Shown in pieces: positions 38,026 through 47,472 of a stretch of 64,000 nt of DNA. Where the stretch lies: assembly GCA_023146135.1 (NCBI GenBank), contig JAGLCR010000010.1, forward strand, positions 4,139-68,138, written 5' to 3'. Origin of the DNA: Bacteroidales bacterium. Lineage in GTDB: Bacteria; Bacteroidota; Bacteroidia; Bacteroidales; UBA1556. Each line of letters begins with the position of its first letter. The stretch's first letter is position 1. The translations under genes and the position numbers were made by a program. The notes under the pieces were generated by a model. The model was not told the DNA's origin. It ran no database searches and worked only from the letters and a program-made list of their open reading frames with translations.

Positions 38026-40863
38026 ATGAAAAAAGGATTACTATTTTATAGTTTACTGTCATTTATAAGTGTAGGTGCAGTAGTGTTTATGCTTTTAAAA
38101 ACATCTGAAACCCAAGTTTCGTATTCAGATAAGCAATCTGATGTTTATAATGAGCAAGGTATTAATGGAGCTGTTGAGTATTATAACAAACTCAAAGCTG
38201 ATCCAATTACAGGTCAGATTGACCCAAAAATTGTTGCCCAAACTCGTGATGAAGTGAAGGCTATGGCTAGCTTCAAAGGTTCTAGTTTGAGTTGGGATGA
38301 AATGGGTCCAAATAATGTTGGTGGCCGCGTAAGAGGATTAATAGTTGATAAGGATACTCCTACAACATTGTATGCTGGTGGTGTAAGTGGAGGTTTATGG
38401 AAATCTACTACTTCAGGTCAGTCATGGGTGAAGATACCATTATCTGATAATATTGCTATTTCTTGTATAGCTCAAGCGCCAAATGGAGACATTTATGTTG
38501 GTACTGGTGAAGGCTTGTCTCAACCTAATTATTCAAACGTGAATAGTGGAATGTATGGGCAAGGTATTTATCATTCAACTGATGGCATTACATTTACTCT
38601 TATAGCTTCTACAAGTACATGGAATATAGTTAATAGAATTGCTGTGGATAAAGACGGTGTTGTTTATGCCGCTACTCAAACAGCTTTATATATGAAAACT
38701 AGTTCAGGATGGTCAAAAATAAAGAATGGTACATTTAAAGATGTAAAAGTTGCTCCAAATTCAACACGAGTTGTTGCTACACAAGGTGGTAATGTTTGGA
38801 TAACTGATGATGCTGGTGTCAATTTTACAAAGAAATCATTCTCTGGTGTTGGTCGCGCTGAAATAGGAATATCTCCATCTGATGATGATGTAATATATGC
38901 TGTTCTTGCTGGAAGTCAAGGTGATTTCAAAGGTATTCACCAAACAACTGATGGTGGAGCAAGCTGGACACAAGTAGCAATAGGGAATAGCCCTTCATTC
39001 GATTTATTTGGTGGAAATAACCAAGGATGGTATGATAACGTTTGTATGGTTAGTGCTGGAAATTCAGATGTTGTTTACGTAGGTGGTATTGATATGTGGA
39101 AAGGTACTAAAACAAGCAGTGGAGCTTTTAGTTGGACTAGGATTACTGCTTGGAATTATCCTGAAACTCACCCAAGTTATGTGCATGCCGATCAGCATGT
39201 ATATGCTCAAGTGCCTGGTCAAAATAATACATTTTATGCAGGTACTGATGGTGGAATTTTCAAAACAACTAACGGAGGTGCTAGTTTTACTACTTTAAAT
39301 AAGAACTTTAATGTTACGCAGTTTTATGCCTTAGGTAATCACCCTGGGGGTGGCGTAATAGGTGGTGCTCAAGATAATGGTACCGTATTTATGGATTTCT
39401 CTGGTAATAATCCGTTACAAGGCCGTAAGGTTAATGGTGGTGATGGAGGATGGGCTGCGGCCTCATTCCTTAATCAAGAGGTTATTTTTACAACAATTTA
39501 CTATTCTGCAGTTTATCGTTCATCCGATTTGGGACAAACAAACCAAGGTCCTTCTGATAATCAAAATAAAGCTGATTTTTATAATCAAACTATGATTGAT
39601 GCAAATGTACATGCTCAATCTGGTGGAGGCCCATTTGTTTCGAATGTGATATTATGGGAAACAATAGATTTCCAAAATAGTGTTGATTCTATTCGTTTTA
39701 TTGCTGATCAAGATTATAGCATCGGTGATACTATAATTGCTCGAAGTGCTAAAAATAATAGATATCCTTCAGAGCATATTTTATCAGCACCTATTGCTGA
39801 TGAAGATACAATGTATGTGATTGACCCAGTTCAGTCGCGTCTTTTCTTCGGTACAAAAAATAAAATATACATGACTCCTGAAGCGCTTTACTTTAAAAAT
39901 AACACTCCAAGTTGGTATGTTGTTGCCACAACTGCAGGTACAGTTAATAAACTTCGTATTTCGAAAGATGGAAATGATCTTTTTTATACAGTTAATAACA
40001 AGCTATATCGTTTGAGTGGTTTACATACTGCAGTAGATTCTGCATCTATGGATGTTTCTGGTGCTAATTATCAATTAACAAATAGTCTTGTATTTTCAGG
40101 TGGAACATTTATTTCGTCAATTGTTATTGATCCTGCTGATGCAAATCGTGTAGGAGTTACTTTAGGTGGATATACAAATTCATATAAGCATGTATATTAT
40201 TCAACTAATGCTACCTCAGCAACTCCAACCTTTACTGCTAAAGGTGGTGATTTACCTAGTACTTTACCTGTTTATGCCGGTGTGATTCCAGTAAACAACT
40301 CTAAAAAGATGATTATTGGTACCGAGTATGGTATGATGATGACTGATGATATCACAGCTGCCAATCCAACTTGGGTAATGGTAAACGGCGGTATTGAGGA
40401 GAAAGTACCTGTGTTTATGCTTGATCAACAAAGAGACCAACTAGCTTGGCGTCAGATTGTGACTTATGATGGTGCTAATCCTGTTTACACTGTTTATCCA
40501 GGTATTTATAATTATGGAACAATCTATGCCGCTACTCATGGTAGAGGATTCTTTAAGACTGAACATTATGTAGGTATGCCTGAGCAAGGTATTGCTAATA
40601 AAGCTAAGAAACAGAGTCTTAAATTGTATCCAAACCCTGTAGTAGATTATGCGACAATAGAGTTTAAGCTTAATAAAGTATCTGATGTGAATATTCGTAT
40701 ATATGATGTGAGCGGAAGAATGGTTAAAGAGTTGAATTATAACAAACGACCTGCAGGTTTATTAAAGCAACGTATTGCTCTTAATGATTTGAGTAAAGGT
40801 GCTTATTTTATGACTATGCAAGCTGGAAACCAATCGACAACAAATAAGTTTATTGTCCGATAA
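38026..40863 (+). CDS. BNR/Asp-box beta-propeller protein with T9SS type-A C-terminal sorting domain
   Basis: 945 aa with a signal anchor and repeated SxDxGxxW/F boxes (STDGITFT, TTDGGASWT, TTNGGASFT, SSDLGQTN). C-terminal LKLYPNPVVDYATIEF ... GAYFMTMQAGNQSTTNKFIV is the Por secretion tail pattern. Confidence 0.8.
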   Translation: MKKGLLFYSLLSFISVGAVVFMLLKTSETQVSYSDKQSDVYNEQGINGAVEYYNKLKADPITGQIDPKIVAQTRDEVKAMASFKGSSLSWDEMGPNNVGGRVRGLIVDKDTPTTLYAGGVSGGLWKSTTSGQSWVKIPLSDNIAISCIAQAPNGDIYVGTGEGLSQPNYSNVNSGMYGQGIYHSTDGITFTLIASTSTWNIVNRIAVDKDGVVYAATQTALYMKTSSGWSKIKNGTFKDVKVAPNSTRVVATQGGNVWITDDAGVNFTKKSFSGVGRAEIGISPSDDDVIYAVLAGSQGDFKGIHQTTDGGASWTQVAIGNSPSFDLFGGNNQGWYDNVCMVSAGNSDVVYVGGIDMWKGTKTSSGAFSWTRITAWNYPETHPSYVHADQHVYAQVPGQNNTFYAGTDGGIFKTTNGGASFTTLNKNFNVTQFYALGNHPGGGVIGGAQDNGTVFMDFSGNNPLQGRKVNGGDGGWAAASFLNQEVIFTTIYYSAVYRSSDLGQTNQGPSDNQNKADFYNQTMIDANVHAQSGGGPFVSNVILWETIDFQNSVDSIRFIADQDYSIGDTIIARSAKNNRYPSEHILSAPIADEDTMYVIDPVQSRLFFGTKNKIYMTPEALYFKNNTPSWYVVATTAGTVNKLRISKDGNDLFYTVNNKLYRLSGLHTAVDSASMDVSGANYQLTNSLVFSGGTFISSIVIDPADANRVGVTLGGYTNSYKHVYYSTNATSATPTFTAKGGDLPSTLPVYAGVIPVNNSKKMIIGTEYGMMMTDDITAANPTWVMVNGGIEEKVPVFMLDQQRDQLAWRQIVTYDGANPVYTVYPGIYNYGTIYAATHGRGFFKTEHYVGMPEQGIANKAKKQSLKLYPNPVVDYATIEFKLNKVSDVNIRIYDVSGRMVKELNYNKRPAGLLKQRIALNDLSKGAYFMTMQAGNQSTTNKFIVR

Positions 40864-40887
40864 CTCATTAATAATATTTCTAAAAAA

Positions 40888-40918
40888 AGCCCTTTGCATT
40901 TAGCAAAGGGCTTTTTTT
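40888..40918 (+). terminator. Rho-independent terminator
   Basis: AGCCCTTTGC / GCAAAGGGCT is a perfect 10-bp stem with loop ATTTA, an A-run before and a T7 after. Confidence 0.8.
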
Positions 40919-40981
40919 GTGTTGCTGCGAAAATATCACAAAAAAAAAGTAGATTAATGCTGTTAAGTTTCAAACATATTT

Positions 40982-40989
40982 TACCTTTG
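40982..40989 (+). promoter_or_regulatory. Candidate -7 box (TACCTTTG)
   Basis: Exact TAnnTTTG 35 nt upstream of the ATG at 41024. Confidence 0.35.
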
Positions 40990-41023
40990 TCAATCTAATA
41001 TTTAACATTTAAAAAAAGCTAAT

Positions 41024-42250
41024 ATGGCTGAAGTAAATCAAATGGTAGTAGTTGGTAATCGTGGAAAAAAAGTACGTTCTGATTGCTATGTGGAATTGCA
41101 ATTAACAAATGACGGAGGCGTTGCTATAGAATTAAAATCCAAAGTGGAGGTGATGTTTGGTAAAGCAAACAGAAAATTGATTCGAGATATTTTTGATTTC
41201 TTTGAGATAAATAATGCAAAGGTTTATGTTGAAGAGGGTGGAGCGTTACCTTTGGTAATTGCTGCCCGTGTGGAGGCTGCCATTAAGTTGTTGCTTAAAT
41301 CGGATAAGGATTATCTATTGGATATGATTGATGAGAATAAAAACCAAACAGATAGGTCGGATCACCGAATTTCTCGATTATACTTACCAGGAAATAAACC
41401 CAGCATGATGATTAATGCTGGAATTCATCAACCCAATGGCATTATTTTGGACCTTGAAGATGCAGTAGCTCATGACAAAAAATACGAAACACGATTTCTT
41501 GTGCGTAATGTACTTCGTGGTATGAATTTCTATGGTGCTGAGCGAATGTTACGTATTAATCAAATACCTATGGGCTTGGACGATTTAGATTTTGTAGTGC
41601 CACATTTTGTAAATTTAATATTGATTCCAAAATGTGAAAGTGCCAATCAGATTCAGCAAGTAAATGAGCGTATTGATGCTATTAAGAAGGAGAAAAATAT
41701 TGATTATCAAATATGGCTAATGCCCATAGTGGAGTCAGCTTTGGGTGTTATAAAGGCATATGAAATTGCATCAGCCTCCGACAATGTGGTTGCAATGGCA
41801 ATTGGTTTAGAAGATTATACTGCTGATTTGGGAACAAAGCGTACTGATGAAGGTATAGAGTCATTCTATGCTCGTTCGCAGGTGGTTAATGCTTGTCGTG
41901 CTGCAAGGATACAGCCTATTGATTCCGTATTTTCTGATGTGTCAGATATGGAAGCTCTAGCAAGAAATGTGCAAGTTTCTAAAAGTCTAGGTTTTGATGG
42001 TATGGGGTGTATTCACCCTCGACAGATTCCTGTTATTCATCAAAATTTTGCTCCTTCAGAAGCAGAGATTTTGAAAGCAAAAAGAATAGTTGATGCTTTT
42101 ATTAAAGCTACAGAGAAGGGACTAGGTGTTGTTTCCTTAGGTACAAAAATGATTGATCCTCCCGTAGTAAAACGTGCTGAAAACACTTTGAATATGGCTA
42201 TTTCTTTGGAGATGGTTCCTTCCAATTGGCATGATACGTTTGAGGCATAA
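41024..42250 (+). CDS. citE: Citrate lyase acyl-carrier (gamma, CitD) fused to citryl-CoA lyase (beta, CitE)
   Basis: The first ~95 aa align by eye to E. coli CitD, including the prosthetic-group Ser context (KVRSDCYVEL vs LESGDVMIRI; GGALPLVIAARVEAA vs KGALDCILRARLEAL). The remainder is CitE/HpcH-like (RLYLPGNKP ... ILDLEDAV). Confidence 0.8.
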   Translation: MAEVNQMVVVGNRGKKVRSDCYVELQLTNDGGVAIELKSKVEVMFGKANRKLIRDIFDFFEINNAKVYVEEGGALPLVIAARVEAAIKLLLKSDKDYLLDMIDENKNQTDRSDHRISRLYLPGNKPSMMINAGIHQPNGIILDLEDAVAHDKKYETRFLVRNVLRGMNFYGAERMLRINQIPMGLDDLDFVVPHFVNLILIPKCESANQIQQVNERIDAIKKEKNIDYQIWLMPIVESALGVIKAYEIASASDNVVAMAIGLEDYTADLGTKRTDEGIESFYARSQVVNACRAARIQPIDSVFSDVSDMEALARNVQVSKSLGFDGMGCIHPRQIPVIHQNFAPSEAEILKAKRIVDAFIKATEKGLGVVSLGTKMIDPPVVKRAENTLNMAISLEMVPSNWHDTFEA

Positions 42251-42256
42251 ATATAA

Positions 42257-43837
42257 ATGATTAAAAAGATGAGCAAGCAAAATATTAAGCTAGTAAAAAA
42301 TGCTGCAGGGCGATTGGTTCCTTTAGAGATTAATGGAGAAAAACAAATCCCATTTATGGGAGTAGGAAAATACATTCCTACGGGTCGCCGTTATGGTCCG
42401 CCTTTATCCTCCTGTGCTAATTTTCCTGATGATGGAAACAAGTTAGTTGCCGATCTCAAGGAGGCTTTAGTAAAGTCAGGACTAAAGGATGGAATGACTA
42501 TTTCGACGCATCATCATTTTCGTAATGGTGATTTAATTGCAAATCAGATATTTGATATTGCACATGATTTGGGGGTGAAAGATTTAAGATGGTTTCCATC
42601 GGCATCATTTCCCTGTCAGGCACATTTGACTCAGTATTTAGAGGATGGAACAATTAATCGAATTGAGGGAAGCATGAATGGTGCTCTAGGAAAATTTGCT
42701 TCTGAGGGTAAAATGAAAGGTATTGGTGTTTTGCGATCTCATGGCGGTCGTTATCAGGCTGTTCAAGATGGTGAAGTACATATCGATATTGCAGTAATTG
42801 CAGCTCCCACAGCTGATGCTTTTGGAAATGCTAATGGTGTAAATGGGCCCGCTGCAAGTGGGCTTTTAGGCTTTGCCTTAGCCGACTCGCAATTTGCTGA
42901 TAAGGTAATTGTGGTAACGGATAATTTGGTGCCATTCCCTTGTATTCCCTGGCAAATTCATGGTAATTATGTAGATTATACAGTGAAAGTTGATAAGGTA
43001 GGTGATGCTGATAAGATTGTTTCGGGAACTACGAATATTACTAAGAGCCCAGACCGACTGCTAATAGCTGAGTTAACAGCAAAGTTTTGCGAGGCAAGTA
43101 AGATTATTTTTGATGGTTTTAGCTATCAAGCTGGAGCAGGTGGAACTTCTTTATCTATAGGATTGTATTTTGAAGAGATTCTTCGTCGAAATAATTGGAA
43201 AGCTCGATTTATTAGGGCAGGCAGTAATAAGTATCCAGTAAAAATGCTTGAGGATGGTATTGTTGATTATATTCTAGATGGACAAACGTTTGATTTAGAG
43301 GGTGTTCGTTCCATGCGTGAAAATGCTAACCATGTTGATACTAGCCCGTTTACAAGTTATAATTATCATGGAAAAGGAAATTTTGCCTCCATGATTGATG
43401 TGGTGGTTCTTGGAGCTACTGAGGTTGATGTGAATTTCAATGCCAATGTGGTAACTCATTCAGACGGTTATCTTCTTCATGGTATTGGAGGTTGGCAGAA
43501 TTGTTTGTTTGGTAAAACGGTAATTCTTCCAATTCCACTATTTAGAGATCGTATTCCTATCATTGTTGATGAGGTAACTACTTTGTGTGGCCCTGGTGAA
43601 TTAATCGACGTGATAGTAACTGAGCGGGGAGTAGCAGTTAATCCTCTTCGAAAAGACTTAATTGAGAAAGCTGAAAAAGCTGGTTTTCCACTTAAGACTA
43701 TTCAAGAGTTGAAAGACGAAGCAGAAAAGATATGCGGTGTTGCAGAAAAGCCCGAGCTTGATGATGAAGTAATCGCAGTAATTAAATGGGTGGATGGAAC
43801 GGTAATTGATTCAGTAAGGAAGGTCAAAACAAGGTAA
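42257..43837 (+). CDS. citF: Citrate lyase alpha subunit (citrate CoA-transferase)
   Basis: 526 aa, CitF length, positioned directly after citE. CoA-transferase-like repeats (GGRYQAVQDGEV, AGAGGTSLS). Confidence 0.8.
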   Translation: MIKKMSKQNIKLVKNAAGRLVPLEINGEKQIPFMGVGKYIPTGRRYGPPLSSCANFPDDGNKLVADLKEALVKSGLKDGMTISTHHHFRNGDLIANQIFDIAHDLGVKDLRWFPSASFPCQAHLTQYLEDGTINRIEGSMNGALGKFASEGKMKGIGVLRSHGGRYQAVQDGEVHIDIAVIAAPTADAFGNANGVNGPAASGLLGFALADSQFADKVIVVTDNLVPFPCIPWQIHGNYVDYTVKVDKVGDADKIVSGTTNITKSPDRLLIAELTAKFCEASKIIFDGFSYQAGAGGTSLSIGLYFEEILRRNNWKARFIRAGSNKYPVKMLEDGIVDYILDGQTFDLEGVRSMRENANHVDTSPFTSYNYHGKGNFASMIDVVVLGATEVDVNFNANVVTHSDGYLLHGIGGWQNCLFGKTVILPIPLFRDRIPIIVDEVTTLCGPGELIDVIVTERGVAVNPLRKDLIEKAEKAGFPLKTIQELKDEAEKICGVAEKPELDDEVIAVIKWVDGTVIDSVRKVKTR

Positions 43838-43840
43838 TTA

Positions 43841-46800
43841 CTAATTTCTTACCTTAATACTTACCTTGATATTATCATAATACATTTCGGTACCATGAGT
43901 GTTCCAAAGGTAGAGTTTTAACTCATCACATTTGGAACTTTCGTTTTTAAGGAAAATAGTTTTGCTTGCAGTAATTTTTTTCCATTGGCGATCGGTACTA
44001 AAATTATCATTCATGATATTGAAATCGCCCCAAGCGAGATTTCCACTTTGGTTACTTACAGAGGCAACAAGTAATGGATTTTGTTTTCCAACTTCATCTA
44101 TCAAAACCATAAACGAAACCTCAAAATAAATTTTTGTGATGCCTTCTTCCAACTTGATAGTTGGTATGAAACTCCCATATTCATGATTCTTCCTTAAAAT
44201 TAAGGAATACTTTCCTCGATAAGCTTCTTTACTTGTAGTATCATTCACAAAATAATTGGGAATTGTTTTCTCAAAATCGAAATTAAGGTTTACCAAGTTT
44301 TTGATATTTGTATTAATCCCATTACTTAAACCCATAAAAGAAAACTGATTAAGATTCTTAAAATCAGAGAGTTCCTTTTTAAGTTGGGCTTTAATTTGTT
44401 GGTTTTCAATTTTTACCAGATGCATAGTGTCGTGAATACGATAAAGAATGTCTGAGGCTAAATAATAATTACCATGAATATAATCACGAATATCGCGGTT
44501 GTTACGCATAAATGCCATCCTTTGTTGGCTGTGAAAGCTACTAGAAGTATCGAGCAAGCCGCCTTGCCAACTAACCTCAGTAGGACAATTGATTTGATAT
44601 TGATTTTGTAAATAATTAATAAATGTGGGTGTAATATCTGCGTGAGTAGAGATGCCACCAAAGTCTTTAGCTTTTTTTAGCAAGGGTGAATATATAATAA
44701 GTGGAGTGTGATAAACATCAATCTGACTTGAACGGTCAAATATTATTCCTCGATGGTCGCCAGTAATGACAAAAATAGTATTTTCAAAATCCTTTCTTTT
44801 CTTGTAAGCTTCAAAAAATTTACGAAGCTCATCATCGAAATAAATAAAGGTGGATAGTTTCTTCTGATTTTTAATATAGGATGCCATTTCCTTTTTTTCA
44901 ACACCAACATCTTTCAAACGCTCCAATACTCGTTGCATATAGTAATCTTGATTTTTTACATTAAATGGCGAATGTGTTGAAAGGGTTAAGTATATTGAAA
45001 GGTAAGCTTGCGTTGAGTCAGGAATAGTCTGAAATGTACTTTCTAAGACTGCGCCATCGGAGTAACCCCATGAAAAGCCATTCTTATTTGGGGGGATAGA
45101 ATCATTGGAATCGAAATGGTGAATAATTGTATCTATATTATTCAAATTCATAAAGATATCCATATTATTAAAATGGGGCCAGCCGCCATAAAAGAAACGA
45201 GTTGCATAGTTGTTTTTCGCCAAAATATTGATAAGACTCTTATGCTCGGGCATGTCAAGGTTTAAGTCTAAAAAGCCTTTTTTACTATAGGGTAGTGAGC
45301 CTAAAACTGAGGGGAGAACACCAAATGTACGTTCAGCAGTAGCAAGATTATTTCGCCAATACAAACTGTGTTCTGTTAATGAGTCGAGAAATGGGGTGAA
45401 GCTTGTTTTGTATGTATAAGGGCCAGAAACAGGTGTGCATAAGCTTTCCACAATTATGAAAACTATATTTGGTTTGTTCCCGTTTTTTGTTTTATTGAAA
45501 AATGAACCTATCGGGTCACCCTGGTCTGGATTTCGAAGAAATGGATAGTTTAAGCTCAGGTATTTTCGGTCGTTGAATACCTTTTTGTATGATTTTATTG
45601 AGCTGCCAAGAGTTGCCAAATCAAGGTCCTTACTTGGCTTGTAGCGTATAAGGTCTTTAACAAAATAAATAAATTTGTTATTTGAGTATAGATATTCTGT
45701 CTCACTACTGTAGGTTTTTTCTTTGGGTATAAATACATTATGAGCTAAGCCTAAAGAAAATGCTGTGAATGAAGCAAATATAATAAACAGTCTTTTGTGC
45801 TTAATATGCTTTGTAAATAGTAAGCTACCATTAAACAATACGATGGCAATAAAAAATGGCATTAGGTTTAATAGTGAAAATTCTGTTGTATTTGAAAGCT
45901 CAAGCATACTTTCCAATGAATATGCATAAACAACTCGGTCGAGTAGGGTAAGTGTAAGGTCGTAATATTGAATGAGAGAAATGCTGCTAATGATTATTAA
46001 GTTGATAATGATAATTACTAATGTTTTAGCAAGTGTTTTCGAAAGTCGATATAGTCCAATAAAAGGAATTAGAAGTATTCCAATAAATCCTAAACTAAGT
46101 AGTAAGTCAATGCTAGTTGCCCCTAGCAGTGAGTTTATGTCCACATCAACTAGTTCATGGTGAAGGTGTAAAATATTGTATTCATATATCCGCAGGAGTA
46201 CTGATATCAATAAGAAGATAGTAGCAATCTTTATTAAGCTTTTGCTTGCATTATGTACCCAAAGATAGTTTTTTGAGTTGATGTGATTAACAATTTTACT
46301 TGCCTTATTCAAGATTATTAAATAATTAGTCACAATCCATTTCAATATAAAGGCAATTAGTGTGGCGAAAACAACAAATGATATAGCCCATAAAACAGTT
46401 AGTATAGGATTGTTAGAGTTGTCAGCCAAGTTTATAAACGGGCGACGTAAAAAACCGTGTATTGCAAATAAATACATTGATATATTACCAAAAAATAGAA
46501 ATCCCTTATAAGCATATGAATTCCTTTTGCCTTTAAGCAAAGAAAAATAGATAAGGGCAAGCATCCAAATAGTAAATAGTAGTTGCGAAAAATACCAAAT
46601 ATTAAGAAAGAAATTACTTAGTCCAAAAACTAATAAGGCAATGATGCCATAAATACGATTATAGGTGAAAGAGCCCTTTGATGCTAATATCATCCCTAAA
46701 CTGAAAACCGGAATATTTCCCAAGAAAAAGAAATATAAACTACTATAATGTATTATAAACCATGGATTAAAAAAGAAAAGAATGATGTAGCTGATAACTG

Positions 46801-47389
46801 AAATGCCAACTAAGGCAATATTTCCATATTTTTTTTGAAGACTTAATAAAAATGGAAACACAAGGTATAGCTGAACAATCATGGAGTAAAACCACCATGG
46901 ACCGCTAAGGGAAAAAACTTCTTGAGGAACAAAGTTTGATAGGAATGTGATTTTCAATAAATAAGCCCCAAAAACCTGCATATTTATATCATAATCATAG
47001 TAGAAAACTCTTACAAAGGAATAGAATAGAAAAATAGCAAAAAAGAAAGTGGGCCAAAGCTTACTTATTCTCTTATAAACAAAGCTGCTCCAATTAATTG
47101 TTTTGTTTTGGTATGCTTTCATTAGTCCATAACCACTAATAAAAAGGAATAATTGTACCCCAAAATGCCCCCAAAAAGAGAGTATTAGATTTGGTGCGTC
47201 AAGTGGTTGCTGTTGTATTCCATTTATTAAGCTATTGACACCTTTAATGGAGAATATAAACTCATTTTCAGTAGCAAAAGGCCTTATCCAATGAAAGAAA
47301 TTATGAAAGACAATGAGTAGGATACCCACACCTTTAATAATATTGCTGTCCTCAATGGAAAACCCCTGAATCTTATATTTTAGCTTCAT
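43841..47389 (-). CDS. Fusion: acyltransferase-3 membrane domain + LtaS/OpgB-like sulfatase-fold transferase + C-terminal beta-rich domain
   Basis: 1182 aa. AT3 pattern at the N-terminus (IKGVGILLIVFHNFFHW, LFLFISGYGL) and about 15 predicted TM segments in total. Sulfatase-fold motifs are NIVFIIVESL (~45440-45470), LATAERTFGVL (candidate Thr nucleophile) and ITGDHRG (~44755-44765). The last ~180 aa are soluble and unassigned. Confidence 0.75.
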   Translation of the reverse strand: MKLKYKIQGFSIEDSNIIKGVGILLIVFHNFFHWIRPFATENEFIFSIKGVNSLINGIQQQPLDAPNLILSFWGHFGVQLFLFISGYGLMKAYQNKTINWSSFVYKRISKLWPTFFFAIFLFYSFVRVFYYDYDINMQVFGAYLLKITFLSNFVPQEVFSLSGPWWFYSMIVQLYLVFPFLLSLQKKYGNIALVGISVISYIILFFFNPWFIIHYSSLYFFFLGNIPVFSLGMILASKGSFTYNRIYGIIALLVFGLSNFFLNIWYFSQLLFTIWMLALIYFSLLKGKRNSYAYKGFLFFGNISMYLFAIHGFLRRPFINLADNSNNPILTVLWAISFVVFATLIAFILKWIVTNYLIILNKASKIVNHINSKNYLWVHNASKSLIKIATIFLLISVLLRIYEYNILHLHHELVDVDINSLLGATSIDLLLSLGFIGILLIPFIGLYRLSKTLAKTLVIIIINLIIISSISLIQYYDLTLTLLDRVVYAYSLESMLELSNTTEFSLLNLMPFFIAIVLFNGSLLFTKHIKHKRLFIIFASFTAFSLGLAHNVFIPKEKTYSSETEYLYSNNKFIYFVKDLIRYKPSKDLDLATLGSSIKSYKKVFNDRKYLSLNYPFLRNPDQGDPIGSFFNKTKNGNKPNIVFIIVESLCTPVSGPYTYKTSFTPFLDSLTEHSLYWRNNLATAERTFGVLPSVLGSLPYSKKGFLDLNLDMPEHKSLINILAKNNYATRFFYGGWPHFNNMDIFMNLNNIDTIIHHFDSNDSIPPNKNGFSWGYSDGAVLESTFQTIPDSTQAYLSIYLTLSTHSPFNVKNQDYYMQRVLERLKDVGVEKKEMASYIKNQKKLSTFIYFDDELRKFFEAYKKRKDFENTIFVITGDHRGIIFDRSSQIDVYHTPLIIYSPLLKKAKDFGGISTHADITPTFINYLQNQYQINCPTEVSWQGGLLDTSSSFHSQQRMAFMRNNRDIRDYIHGNYYLASDILYRIHDTMHLVKIENQQIKAQLKKELSDFKNLNQFSFMGLSNGINTNIKNLVNLNFDFEKTIPNYFVNDTTSKEAYRGKYSLILRKNHEYGSFIPTIKLEEGITKIYFEVSFMVLIDEVGKQNPLLVASVSNQSGNLAWGDFNIMNDNFSTDRQWKKITASKTIFLKNESSKCDELKLYLWNTHGTEMYYDNIKVSIKVRN

Positions 47390-47460
47390 ATACTACTATT
47401 ATCAAAGTGGGCAAAGGTAATTATTTTCACTTGGGTAAATATCAAATATAGGAATTAAAC

Positions 47461-47468
47461 TATCTTTG
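47461..47468 (+). promoter_or_regulatory. Candidate -7 box (TATCTTTG) abutting the prmC start
   Basis: Exact TAnnTTTG ending 4 nt before the ATG at 47473. Confidence 0.35.
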
Positions 47469-47472
47469 TAGC

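Noticed and set aside
43835-43843. Convergent citF and AT3-LtaS genes whose stop codons are only 3 nt apart with no terminator; likewise the prmC/Dabb 8-nt convergent overlap at 48338-48345
   Set aside because: Tight convergent packing is common in compact bacterial genomes. No structure or motif was seen that would suggest a specific regulatory device.
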